Virus record (IMG/VR): IMGVR_UViG_3300032136_000007
Span: 1 to 53,030 of that record
From: a virus
Lineage: Duplodnaviria; Caudoviricetes
Length of the DNA stretch: 53,030 bases
Reading direction: 5' to 3' (one strand)
Notes under the pieces: generated by a model
What the model was told of the DNA's origin: nothing
The model's input: only the letters and a program-made list of their open reading frames with translations
Database searches by the model: none
In this document: positions 17,476 through 26,927 of the stretch, one piece after another
Layout of the letters: the number at the start of each line of letters is the position of its first letter
How positions within the stretch are numbered: the first letter of the stretch is position 1
Translations under genes and position numbers: made by a program

Positions 17476-20400
17476 CCGACATCACTGTAGCCAGCGTAAT
17501 CGGCTACGCCGCCGTTGCTGAGACATCAGAGGTTCAGATTGCTTCGGTCGTCGGGTACGCTTCACTAGGACAGGCGACAGATGTAACCGTAGCATCGGCG
17601 ATCGGGTATGCCTCTATATTGCAGCCTTCATTTGTGGAGATTGCAGCGGTGATCGGGTATGCCTCGATTGTCCTGCCATCGGGCGGGGCGTTTGTACTTG
17701 GAGACGTAACCACGGAAACAGGTAGGGCAGGGACTGCTGCTGCGCATGGGGGACGAGTCATGCCAAGCGGCGCGGCAGTGACGCCTACTCCTACTCCTCT
17801 GACTACTCCCCAACTTCCCCAGCCAGGTCTGGACTTGTCGGGCCGGGCCGGGCTGACACAGATGCGTCTGTTTGTGGGTCCGCCCTGGCGCCGAAGTAAT
17901 GAGTCTGAGTTTTGGGATTTTAGCGGGTTGGACTTGACGGCCTACAGTCCCGCGGTCGGCAGCACGGTGGCCAGCAACGTCGGGTCATCTGACGCGTCTG
18001 TGACCGTGACAGATGCCACGGGCTGGCCGTTGACCGGTGGCGTGTGGCTGGGGCCGGGGGCGACAGGCGAGTCGTGGGCCTACGCCACCTACACCGGGCG
18101 GAGCGGCAACGTCTTGACCGGGCTGAGTCGGGATACCGTGGATGCGGAATACAGCGGCGAACACACAGCCGGGGCGGAAGCGCACTTCTGGTATCCACTC
18201 ACTATGGACGATGGCCGGTTCACCTACCGGGAAAGCATGGACCAGCGTGTGGCCACGTCCACCTGGTCCATGGACCTATCCGGCGTCAACTGTCCCGTGG
18301 GCGTGTTGCGGGCCGGGCATCTGGTTTTGGTCCAGATTCGGGAGATAAGTGGGGCGGGCTGGGGCAGTTGGACAACGTGGGCTATCGGCTGGCTCACGGG
18401 GGCGAACCCCACCGACGATGAAACCAAGACCCGAAGATGGACAGCTGGGGTGGGGGCATTGGACGCAGTAGCATTGCAAGCCAATGTCATCGGCCTGCAC
18501 GTAGGCGAGCGGGACGCTGCTGACGAGGGCAGTGCCTCGGCCAGTGGCACCCTGTCCCCAGTCTACAAAGCCATCGGGGACGGAACGGGAGAAGTGGACA
18601 GCGAAAACGACGTGGTCACGCCGGGCCGGGCCATTGACAGCAGCTTGACGACCGACTGGCACAGCGGGCGGTACTACGGCGAGGACAATCCTCTGCCCAG
18701 CCCTGGAGCCAGCGCCATTGACGGAGTGCGAGACGATGCTGCAATCACACAGGTGCATATCAACCCTTACACCGGCCAGGGCGACGGCTACAGGTGGGTG
18801 GAGATCACATGGATTAGCGATCTTTCTGGCGACTTTTGGCTTATTGCTGGCATTGATTACATGGTGCGCTTTGAGGATGGGTACGGGGCGGGCAAGCTAG
18901 ACTTCGGCTCGGGGGATCGGATAATCCTGGCCGAAAACCCGGACTTATTCAGCTCCGAAAACCCGGAGAACGAGGCCGCCGCGGTGCTGGACTTGGCCGA
19001 CTGGTCTGTCTGGCTGATGAACAATCAGAAGTACAGCGTGACCACAGGGGCCACAGGCGGCACGTTCACGCTCACCGTGGACGGGCAGACCACATCAGCG
19101 ATTGCCTATAACGCTACAGCCGCCACGGTGCAGAGTGCCTTGGCGGGGCTATCCAGCGTGGGGACCGACAACGTGCGGGTGGAGGGCAACGCCGGGGCCT
19201 GGGGCGTGACCTTCGTCAACGACCTGGGCCGTGAGTATGGGCCGGGCATGACCGGCGATGGGGCCGGACTCTCCGGGGGCACGCTTTCAGTCACTCAGAC
19301 ACAATCCCCAGCATTCCCCTGGGATACAGGGGCTGACGGTACGACGATTTTTGACCACGCGTCCGCTTCAGGTGGCATGTTGCGTCTGTTTCATGGCCCG
19401 ACCGGTACAGGGCACAGTCAAGTCGTATGGGGAACCACTGACCCCATGACGGCATGGTCCCCAACCTGGACAGGCAGTGCATTATCCGCACCGGGAGCGG
19501 GCGAAACCATGAGGATGCTGTTTTCGCCGTCCAGCCCTACGGTCACAGCAGACTTTTGGCAAGTGGGCCGGATCGCCACACCGGGCTATGCCGTCGAAGC
19601 GGCGGACAGTGCCTGGCTACTGATAGACCTGCCGACAATGGGCCTGAAACTGGCCGGAGACATCACGGACAGCAGCCCAGGGGCCGGGGACGCCTTAAGC
19701 ATCGAGAACGCAGCTGGGGCGAGCGCCGAGGGATTGCCGGCGAGCGGGACCATCCAAGTCGGAAACGAGCAGATCACCTACTCAGGGAGAGACTTTGACG
19801 CTGGGACTGTGACCGTCTCAGCTCGTGGGGCCAACGGGACAGCCGCCGCCGCCCACTTCGCCGATGACCCGCTCTACTTTGTGGACGGCGCGGGCGTGGC
19901 CACCGACGCCTACCCCATCGAGACGGTGCGCCTGCGCCGATCAACCGGACTGGCCGTGCCAGAAGATTTCGTGATCCGGGTGTCAGCCTTGTCCAGCGCC
20001 AGGAACCCGGAACAGGCCAACTACACGGTGGACTATGGCACCCTGGCCACGGTCACGGGCAATGCACTAGAATCTTACAGTCTGGATTTATCGGCCACGA
20101 CTCCGCGTATTCGCTGGCTGCTGGTAGAAGTGACGGCCATGACGGACGCGCCCAGCCGGGTGCGGATTGGCGAGGTGGATGCCGTGGTTGATCCTGGCGT
20201 GCTGGCTACGGGGACCACGTTGGCAAGCGGGACCGTGGCCGACGCAGTGGACGCACTGCTAGACCAAGCTGGCTTGCCTTCCGGTGTCCTGGTAGACGCC
20301 GGAGACACGCTGGAGCCCGACCAGTACACGACAGCGGGTGGGTCACTTTGGTCAATTTTAGCAGATTTGGCGGACTTTGCTGGGGCAAGGATCCGCATCG

Positions 20401-20894
20401 GACGGGATAGCAAACTTCATGTGAGCAACGATCCCTTCTGGCAGGGGACGCCGACGCCGGACGGAGCATGGGGCCGGGGTCAAGTGCGGCATGTTTCAGC
20501 CACCCGTGCGCCAGCACAAGCCATCGGGCAGCTTGAGCTGACATGGCGTAGGCCGGACGACCCTGCAGAGTACACTGTCTTGCAGCCAAGCACACAAAGC
20601 CGGACAGGGCAGACCGTGCAGGTGGGGCCATACGTGTACGCTGACGAAAGCGCAGCCACGGTCGCAGCCCTCAAGCGGTTCTGGCAAGCCCGCCGCCCCT
20701 ACTCGACCGTCATGGAGTTGGCCTTTCCGGGTACCAGCCTGACCACGGGGCAGGTCTACACACTGACTTGGGATCTTTCCGGGCGAACGGAGATTCGGGA
20801 TTACATGCTGCTTGGGTTAAATCTTGAGTTTAAGGATTATGCTTGGGCGACGGTGGTCACAGGCATCCAGATCGAGCGGGAGGACGAACGCTGA
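17472..20894 (+). CDS. Large tail tip / baseplate hub protein
   Basis: About 1140 aa, G/T/A/S-rich; contains a GGTFTLTVDGQTTSAIAYNATAATVQSAL module typical of tail proteins; ATGA overlap with the upstream gene. Confidence 0.75.
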   Translation: MTDITVASVIGYAAVAETSEVQIASVVGYASLGQATDVTVASAIGYASILQPSFVEIAAVIGYASIVLPSGGAFVLGDVTTETGRAGTAAAHGGRVMPSGAAVTPTPTPLTTPQLPQPGLDLSGRAGLTQMRLFVGPPWRRSNESEFWDFSGLDLTAYSPAVGSTVASNVGSSDASVTVTDATGWPLTGGVWLGPGATGESWAYATYTGRSGNVLTGLSRDTVDAEYSGEHTAGAEAHFWYPLTMDDGRFTYRESMDQRVATSTWSMDLSGVNCPVGVLRAGHLVLVQIREISGAGWGSWTTWAIGWLTGANPTDDETKTRRWTAGVGALDAVALQANVIGLHVGERDAADEGSASASGTLSPVYKAIGDGTGEVDSENDVVTPGRAIDSSLTTDWHSGRYYGEDNPLPSPGASAIDGVRDDAAITQVHINPYTGQGDGYRWVEITWISDLSGDFWLIAGIDYMVRFEDGYGAGKLDFGSGDRIILAENPDLFSSENPENEAAAVLDLADWSVWLMNNQKYSVTTGATGGTFTLTVDGQTTSAIAYNATAATVQSALAGLSSVGTDNVRVEGNAGAWGVTFVNDLGREYGPGMTGDGAGLSGGTLSVTQTQSPAFPWDTGADGTTIFDHASASGGMLRLFHGPTGTGHSQVVWGTTDPMTAWSPTWTGSALSAPGAGETMRMLFSPSSPTVTADFWQVGRIATPGYAVEAADSAWLLIDLPTMGLKLAGDITDSSPGAGDALSIENAAGASAEGLPASGTIQVGNEQITYSGRDFDAGTVTVSARGANGTAAAAHFADDPLYFVDGAGVATDAYPIETVRLRRSTGLAVPEDFVIRVSALSSARNPEQANYTVDYGTLATVTGNALESYSLDLSATTPRIRWLLVEVTAMTDAPSRVRIGEVDAVVDPGVLATGTTLASGTVADAVDALLDQAGLPSGVLVDAGDTLEPDQYTTAGGSLWSILADLADFAGARIRIGRDSKLHVSNDPFWQGTPTPDGAWGRGQVRHVSATRAPAQAIGQLELTWRRPDDPAEYTVLQPSTQSRTGQTVQVGPYVYADESAATVAALKRFWQARRPYSTVMELAFPGTSLTTGQVYTLTWDLSGRTEIRDYMLLGLNLEFKDYAWATVVTGIQIEREDER

Positions 20895-22798
20895 TGCCGG
20901 GGCGACTGTATTACGCTACGCTCAACCAACAGATGAGCCGTCAACTGGCCGAGGCGATGGGCCGGGCCTTCGAGGGCAAGCGGCGCACGGTGTCGGGCGT
21001 CTACCTGGGCCGGGGTATGATCCAGGTAGACGGACAGCGCTACCCCTTCCGAAACGAATCCGGGGTGGATGTGGTGGCCGGGGACACAATCGCGGTCGTC
21101 AACGTGGGCCGGACGGCATCGGCTGAGTATGCGCCTGCTGCGGGGGCGGGCACAAGCGGGGTGTCCGGGGGGACATCTACTGGAAGCGCACAGGCCGTCC
21201 TAGCGGACCACGACCATGCTGCGGGCTATGGTTCGGGTGGCAATCTAACCGGATACGCTCAAGCCGAGCATGAACATGCCGAGTACATACCGGCTGACGG
21301 GAGCGGGGCCGGGGCGACTGATGCAGTCCAAGCGTTCGTCGAGGGGATCGAGGTCAACACAATCCAGGGGGCGGACGGCCAGCAGTACCTGCAGTTCAAG
21401 AACAGCACGGGGACGGTGGTCGCTACAATCGATCTGGTAAATGCCTGGCTGTCTTTGGGCGAGTGGCCACCCGGCCAGAAATTGCACTTTGGCGACGGCC
21501 ATTTCCTGCTGGAGAACGGGGACGTCATATTCAAGCAGCACACGCAATGGTTGGGTGACTGGGGTCACGACCACTACAACGGTCCGTTTCAGGATCCGAT
21601 TTTTACGTGGGGTCGCATCGTGGAAGGGGGCGACGGGGCACCCAACATGCGTTGCATCGTCACGGACAATAACCATCCAGACGAACACTGGTGCTTTGGG
21701 TTCGACACGGAGGGGATCGTCGCGAGTGTACGACGAGGGACTGATTTAGGTAGCCACTTCGAGGGCTTTCAGTCCGGGAACGAGTTCCCCACATTCCGGC
21801 TCAACGCATACCCGACCATGCGCCTCGAGATGGGGCCATCTGACGACAGCGGACCGCCTGACGTGGCCGTGGCCCGGCTGGGCGCTGGTCTGATTGGCTG
21901 GCTGACCGATGGCGTACCCAGGCTGTGGGCTGGGGCCGATGGAGAATTGTACATAGAGGAAGCCAGCGCCGCGCCAACAGCATCCCCAATGACGGGCGTT
22001 GTGATGTTCGTTGACCCCGCCGATGGAGAACTGAAATACCGGGGGCCGTCCGGTCTGGTCGATCTCAGCCAGGCCGGCGCGGGCGGCGGAGGCGGAGGGA
22101 CACCCGCCTACACTTTCTGGGACCCTGCGGCTCCACCAGCCAGCCCAGACACGGACGACGACGAATTTGCCGATGGCACCTTGACAGGATGGACGGAATG
22201 GGACCAGGGCAACCATACAGATGTGTCAGAAGGAAACGGGTTCCTCACACTCAAACAGACAAGTACCGGGGTGGCATGGGGCGGAGTCTTCAAGACGGCT
22301 CCGGCGCACACCGATTGGACTGCTACTACCAGATTGCGTTTGACAGCGCGAAAGGTCAATTACAATAGTGTTGGATTGGCGGTATTCCAGGCGGCGACCA
22401 CGGACCCATCTGGTAGCGATTTTTACTGGATTGGGTATTCGCTGGATTCTGGGGACCGACCGATCAAGGCGCAGCGTTGGAATGGCTATAATTCGTATGG
22501 TCAGGCGTATTTTGAGGACGGAGATTTCATGGGCGAAAGCGGCATATGGGTCCGCTTCCGTTATGAGTCAGCCGGATCCACGCTCTATTTTGAGTCAAGC
22601 GAAGATGGTATAGGCTGGAATAGATTGTACTCGTTGACTCCCGCTTGGGCTATTGCAGAGATCGGGCTGGTGATGCTCAATGAGAACACAGGCGCAGACG
22701 CTTACGCCCGATTCGATTTCTTCCGAGTAACAAACTCGGCGGATAACGGCCAGATCACTGCCGGGCGCATGGTCGAGTCTGGTCCGGCAGCGACTTAA
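20894..22798 (+). CDS. Tail fibre / receptor-binding protein
   Basis: His-rich HDHA/HEHA segments, poly-Gly linker, C-terminal lectin-like domain (DDEFADGTL...FESSEDGIGW...FDFFRV). Confidence 0.7.
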   Translation: MPGRLYYATLNQQMSRQLAEAMGRAFEGKRRTVSGVYLGRGMIQVDGQRYPFRNESGVDVVAGDTIAVVNVGRTASAEYAPAAGAGTSGVSGGTSTGSAQAVLADHDHAAGYGSGGNLTGYAQAEHEHAEYIPADGSGAGATDAVQAFVEGIEVNTIQGADGQQYLQFKNSTGTVVATIDLVNAWLSLGEWPPGQKLHFGDGHFLLENGDVIFKQHTQWLGDWGHDHYNGPFQDPIFTWGRIVEGGDGAPNMRCIVTDNNHPDEHWCFGFDTEGIVASVRRGTDLGSHFEGFQSGNEFPTFRLNAYPTMRLEMGPSDDSGPPDVAVARLGAGLIGWLTDGVPRLWAGADGELYIEEASAAPTASPMTGVVMFVDPADGELKYRGPSGLVDLSQAGAGGGGGGTPAYTFWDPAAPPASPDTDDDEFADGTLTGWTEWDQGNHTDVSEGNGFLTLKQTSTGVAWGGVFKTAPAHTDWTATTRLRLTARKVNYNSVGLAVFQAATTDPSGSDFYWIGYSLDSGDRPIKAQRWNGYNSYGQAYFEDGDFMGESGIWVRFRYESAGSTLYFESSEDGIGWNRLYSLTPAWAIAEIGLVMLNENTGADAYARFDFFRVTNSADNGQITAGRMVESGPAAT

Positions 22799-22847
22799 AT
22801 TGAAACCCCAAAACCTTATCAACCGGAGTACCACACAGGAGGGCATT

Positions 22848-23255
22848 ATGCCACAGGAAAAGACGTATGAGTTCAAGATGGCCGAGGGGGATTTCGAGTT
22901 CCTTTTCGATCACGCAGCGCAAGAGGCCAGCAAAGCCCAGTGGAGCAAGGACGAACTGGACGACATCCTCGCCACTCACGTCGCCGGGACTTCCGGCCTG
23001 TCAGCGAGCGTCAACTGGACGAACCTCACCCTCGGCATGGCGTGGAGCGGCGGAGCCAAACCCTTTGGGCTGGCTCTCTACCAAAGCAATATGTCGAACC
23101 TGATCGTGTTCGCCGCACGCGACTGCGCCGGTGACGGGGACTTGGAGGCGAAGCTGGAGCAGATCGCCGACATCTACGACGGGGCGACCAGTGGCCAAAG
23201 CACATCGGTCAACTGGACCGCGTCCCCGGTGACAGTCTCGGTCAACTGGACGTAG
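22848..23255 (+). CDS. Hypothetical protein with three SVNWT repeats
   Basis: AGGAGG RBS before ATG 22848; internal repeats. Confidence 0.7.
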   Translation: MPQEKTYEFKMAEGDFEFLFDHAAQEASKAQWSKDELDDILATHVAGTSGLSASVNWTNLTLGMAWSGGAKPFGLALYQSNMSNLIVFAARDCAGDGDLEAKLEQIADIYDGATSGQSTSVNWTASPVTVSVNWT

Positions 23256-23266
23256 AGTAGAGCGAC

Positions 23267-23312
23267 ATACTACTCGTGCGGCACCCCTAGACGGGTGCCG
23301 CACGAGTAGTAT
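23267..23312. repeat. Perfect 20-bp inverted repeat
   Basis: ATACTACTCGTGCGGCACCC-CTAGAC-GGGTGCCGCACGAGTAGTAT. Confidence 0.95.
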
Positions 23313-23343
23313 TCTGTCCACATCTATCACGAAAGGCAAAGCC

Positions 23344-23637
23344 ATGCAGCACAAACCTTTGGGCCTGGTCTGGTCATCCATCCTCGTCGTTATTCTCGTC
23401 TTCGCCGGTTGGCTGGATGACCAGTTTTTTCAGAGTGGTATCCGCGAATGGCTTCCGGGCTTCATCAACTCCGCCCAGACCGTCCTGGGCATCGTCGGCC
23501 TGGCTCTTGGGTTGGCCTACACGGTCTACATGGAGTTGCAGGATCAGAAGTTGCGGGACTTCGGGCCGGATCATGTTGGCACTCGTGCAGTTGGTGAGTC
23601 GATGGAGACAAAGCCACTATGGAAAAGAATACTGTGA
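23344..23637 (+). CDS. Holin-like protein with two TM segments
   Basis: 97 aa, two hydrophobic helices, charged C-terminus, located after the tail genes. Confidence 0.55.
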   Translation: MQHKPLGLVWSSILVVILVFAGWLDDQFFQSGIREWLPGFINSAQTVLGIVGLALGLAYTVYMELQDQKLRDFGPDHVGTRAVGESMETKPLWKRIL

Positions 23638-24026
23638 CTCGGCTGCTCATTGTGGAGGACGACCCACGTCAACGCTTCTTATACCGAAGGGTGTTGGGCG
23701 GCTGCTGTGACGAGATCGTTGAGGCGTCAGATGGGTTTGAGGCGCAGGAGCACGACTGGACCAAATTTGACGTTGTGCTGCTAGATTTGCTCATGCCCGG
23801 CATGGATGGAATGGCTACCCTAGCTTGGGCTGCGCAGACGTTCGGGGAAGACTTGCCGCCTGTCGTAATTTTTACCGCCCTGTCAAACGGCCCGCTGCGG
23901 GCCATCGCCAATTCGCTGCCACAAAACGTGACGATACAGCAAAAGGGGATGGGCAAGCGGGAAAGTGTGTTGAAGAATATCACGGAGACGGTTGTTGATG
24001 CAGTTGCTAATCATCGCACCTCGTAG
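23634..24026 (+). CDS. Stand-alone CheY-like response regulator receiver
   Basis: LLIVEDD acidic pocket, DVVLLDLLMPGMDG (phospho-Asp), PVVIFTA, terminal K; GTGA overlap with the upstream gene. Confidence 0.9.
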   Translation: MTRLLIVEDDPRQRFLYRRVLGGCCDEIVEASDGFEAQEHDWTKFDVVLLDLLMPGMDGMATLAWAAQTFGEDLPPVVIFTALSNGPLRAIANSLPQNVTIQQKGMGKRESVLKNITETVVDAVANHRTS

Positions 24027-24627
24027 CTCACTGGACGTTTTCGCAGAAGTTTTAGAGGCGGCAGGGGAAAGCAATAACATTCTGCATGGCAATGTAAGCA
24101 GCCGGGAGGCATTGGACCATGTAGCAAGCGGCCAATATGACCGAATATATTTTGCTGGCGATGGGGACAAAACTCGCCTCGTTTTCAGCGATGGCTTGCT
24201 AGACGGAGCACTGCTGGCTGATGCCGTGCGCCATGCCGGAACGATAGAGCTGGCTATTTTCAATTCGTGCGAGTCATTGGGTATGGCTCTAGCTGCGTAC
24301 ATGGCCGGAGCGTCTTACGTGATCGGCTGGCAAGATGAAGTTCAGGACAAAGCGGCCAGCACGTTCGGCAGTACGTTTTGGGCATCTTACAAGATGGGGT
24401 CGAAGATCCAGCGCGCCTACTGGACTGGACGCGAGGCGGTGATTCGCAACTACCCGGGTCAGCCAACGCCGATCCTGCTCAACGGGCAGGGTGTCCGATT
24501 TCGCCAGGAAGTGGCCGAATTGCGCCAACAGATCGACCGACTAATGAGCATGGTGAAAGCGTTGATCGTGGCTTTGGCCGTGACTCTAGCAATCGGTGCG
24601 GCTGATATTTTCTGGCTGCACTGGTAG
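23998..24627 (+). CDS. CHAT (caspase-like) domain protein with coiled coil and C-terminal TM; catalytic His apparently replaced
   Basis: YFAGDG (canonical HFxGHG), LAIFNSCES (canonical LNAC), AGASYVIG, VQDKAA..F...FW; C-terminal hydrophobic anchor. Confidence 0.7.
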   Translation: MQLLIIAPRSSLDVFAEVLEAAGESNNILHGNVSSREALDHVASGQYDRIYFAGDGDKTRLVFSDGLLDGALLADAVRHAGTIELAIFNSCESLGMALAAYMAGASYVIGWQDEVQDKAASTFGSTFWASYKMGSKIQRAYWTGREAVIRNYPGQPTPILLNGQGVRFRQEVAELRQQIDRLMSMVKALIVALAVTLAIGAADIFWLHW

Positions 24628-24733
24628 GACTTGGTTAAAGGCCACGCCCCACCAGAACAGGCCGGACCACTGAACCAGTACTCCCCCGGCTGCGGTGCCC
24701 ACAGCCATAGCCAAAGCCGAAGCTGCGGGTCGA

Positions 24734-25699
24734 TCAAAGCGTGTTGTCATTGCTTGTTCCTTTCAATTGAGATTCAACAGTGCCGGGGTATTCATCCCAA
24801 GTTTTGCGATCCAGTATTCGTCCAGCCATTTTCTTTCCCACCCGTATCATCATCGTTGTGTCGCCGTGCAAGTCTCCTGCTTTGCCTGTCGCCCAGGGCC
24901 AGGACCAACTCTGATGTTCCATCATTCCCTGTGTGACGTGCGATGATACAATCCACTCGCCCCACTGCTTGAAGTGAAATGGAATCCCAGCAGCCACGCA
25001 TTGATCTCGGATAGAACGAACCCAATTCGGGTGCATGGGCCGGGCATTGTTGCCAGACTCACCGCCGACGATGACCCAGTGAATTAGCCTCCATTCTGGC
25101 AACGTCTTTATGATTTCGTTTGATTTCGTACTTGTCCACAATGCACCAGCTTCCTTCAAGTCAACTGGCCCCAGCAAAGGCTCCATGCTCAAGAACCGAA
25201 CGGCAGCCCGCACTTTCAGCAGGTGCGGAATGCGCTTCTCGGCTTGCTCCTGGTTCTCGACGCTGGTACCGATCCATACGTTGATCGGCAACCATTTCCC
25301 CCAGCGTTGCGAGATCATATCGTTCACATTTTCCGGTCGTTTGGTCAACAGCAACCAATCGAGATTGGGTGTCTGCTCGATCAGTGAAAATAGATCGTTG
25401 CGCCATTCTCCCAGGTCAGAACGTTGATCCAACTTGTCCTCCATCACATCGGCCAATGATGCACAGAAGACCCGATACCGCACCCCTTCCTCTTTGGCTC
25501 GTTTGTTCCACTGCAACGGCTTGCGCCAATTGGCGGCGCTGGTTCGGACCCTGGTCCCCTGCGGTCCCCATTGCACTTTGCCCCACCGTTTATCCATCAA
25601 GGTTTCGGCGTAGCAGTGCTGACAGCCAGGCGAGACCTTGGAGCATCCGACCCAGGGATTGAACGTGTGATCTGTCCATTCGATTTTGCTGTTTTCCAT
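24734..25699 (-). CDS. DUF5131 / phage Gp37-Gp68 family protein
   Basis: SKIEWTDHTFNPWVGCSKVSPGCQHCYA, LLLTKRP, RFLSMEPLLG, WVIVGGESG, FHFKQWG. Confidence 0.93.
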   Translation of the reverse strand: MENSKIEWTDHTFNPWVGCSKVSPGCQHCYAETLMDKRWGKVQWGPQGTRVRTSAANWRKPLQWNKRAKEEGVRYRVFCASLADVMEDKLDQRSDLGEWRNDLFSLIEQTPNLDWLLLTKRPENVNDMISQRWGKWLPINVWIGTSVENQEQAEKRIPHLLKVRAAVRFLSMEPLLGPVDLKEAGALWTSTKSNEIIKTLPEWRLIHWVIVGGESGNNARPMHPNWVRSIRDQCVAAGIPFHFKQWGEWIVSSHVTQGMMEHQSWSWPWATGKAGDLHGDTTMMIRVGKKMAGRILDRKTWDEYPGTVESQLKGTSNDNTL

Positions 25700-25729
25700 G
25701 TTCTTCTTCCTTTCTGTTGATTCTTGGTT

Positions 25730-26242
25730 TCAAGATTTATCGTTCAGGAGCCAGTCCCTGACCGGTTGCTCAAGATGTTCCACCAGCGCCAGGGCCAAGT
25801 CGTCCTCGACGTACCACGCCCAGGCGTCTCCCCACTTCACCCGCAAGACCTGTCCCGTGGCCGGGTCTACATGGTCGGCCAGGATGCTTGGCGGGATGTC
25901 GTGGTGCGCCATTCTCCATGACACCTGATGCCCCTGGCTGCGCATCTTCGCCGCCACTTCGTCCAGACTGTGGGACGGATACGGCTGCGGTCTCCAATTG
26001 TCGCCCAGGTTCCATCGTTTGCGATAGGCCGACGCCGACCGTTCACTCTCCCAGGCCAGGGTCATCCCGCCACTGTCCGGTTGGCCGGGATGGTCCTCGC
26101 AGAAGGTGATGTTCCGAGCCAAATCCACCAGCACGTACAGGAGTTGACTCCCATGTCCGCGGGCGGACTCGGTGGCCAGGGCTAGGGCATCCCTGCGGCT
26201 GGTGTTGTGAGCGGTCAGTCTACGGCGTACCATCAGTCTCAA
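25730..26242 (-). CDS. Hypothetical protein
   Basis: Part of a tightly packed leftward operon. Confidence 0.55.
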   Translation of the reverse strand: MRLMVRRRLTAHNTSRRDALALATESARGHGSQLLYVLVDLARNITFCEDHPGQPDSGGMTLAWESERSASAYRKRWNLGDNWRPQPYPSHSLDEVAAKMRSQGHQVSWRMAHHDIPPSILADHVDPATGQVLRVKWGDAWAWYVEDDLALALVEHLEQPVRDWLLNDKS

Positions 26243-26676
26243 ATCCCTCCGAACAAAGACAGCTGTTTGGGGGCCGTCATGCTATCGAGCCAGCGCCCGA
26301 TGTTTTTGATCTGAGTGATGTCCCTCTTGCTCAAGCTGGGATCGCCCAAACGTTCAGTCAGTTGACCTTCCACATAAGCGATAGCCGCGTTAAGCGCGTC
26401 CTGCCGGGTCAGGAACGGGTCGCACCACATGATCGAGAACGGTGCGAATTGGCCGGTGCTGTACAGTGCGATGGACACCGTGTAGGTCCATCGCCCATCA
26501 TTCAGCGATCCAATTTTGATCACCGTCTCCCCCATATTCGCACGGTCGGGGCACGCTAAGGTTTCTGTATGAACAATGGACTCGTCCAGGCGTTCATTGG
26601 CGGCGGCGGCGGTCAGGCAATCCGGCCAGCCCCACGCAAGGGCTCGCTTGTTGGCGATTTGGTCCAGATGATTCAT
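26239..26676 (-). CDS. Hypothetical protein ending in QLSLF (beta-clamp-binding-like motif)
   Basis: Overlaps neighbouring genes; C-terminal KQLSLFGGI. Confidence 0.65.
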   Translation of the reverse strand: MNHLDQIANKRALAWGWPDCLTAAAANERLDESIVHTETLACPDRANMGETVIKIGSLNDGRWTYTVSIALYSTGQFAPFSIMWCDPFLTRQDALNAAIAYVEGQLTERLGDPSLSKRDITQIKNIGRWLDSMTAPKQLSLFGGI

Positions 26677-26927
26677 TTGAGCAACCAGTACAACGCAAAA
26701 CCAGTAGCGAAGGCTGCAATGACCGACGCAATGACTGACGCAAACTTGGACGGTGGCGACGGGTTGGGCACGTACTGCCCATATTCAAGCAGCTTTTTCG
26801 CCCGCTCCCACTCCTCGACCTGAATGGCAAGGGTCAGAGCATATACAAACGGGGCGGTTACGCACCCGGCGCAGATCGCAAAAATGGCCGTTACAAACTG
26901 GTATACCTGCACTAGAAAGTCACTCAT
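26673..26927 (-). CDS. Small membrane protein
   Basis: Two hydrophobic helices; ATGA overlaps on both sides. Confidence 0.6.
   Translation of the reverse strand: MSDFLVQVYQFVTAIFAICAGCVTAPFVYALTLAIQVEEWERAKKLLEYGQYVPNPSPPSKFASVIASVIAAFATGFALYWLLK

Noticed and set aside
16390-22798. Diversity-generating retroelement or invertible tail-fibre cassette
   Set aside because: No reverse transcriptase or invertase, and no TR/VR-like repeat pair noticed by eye.
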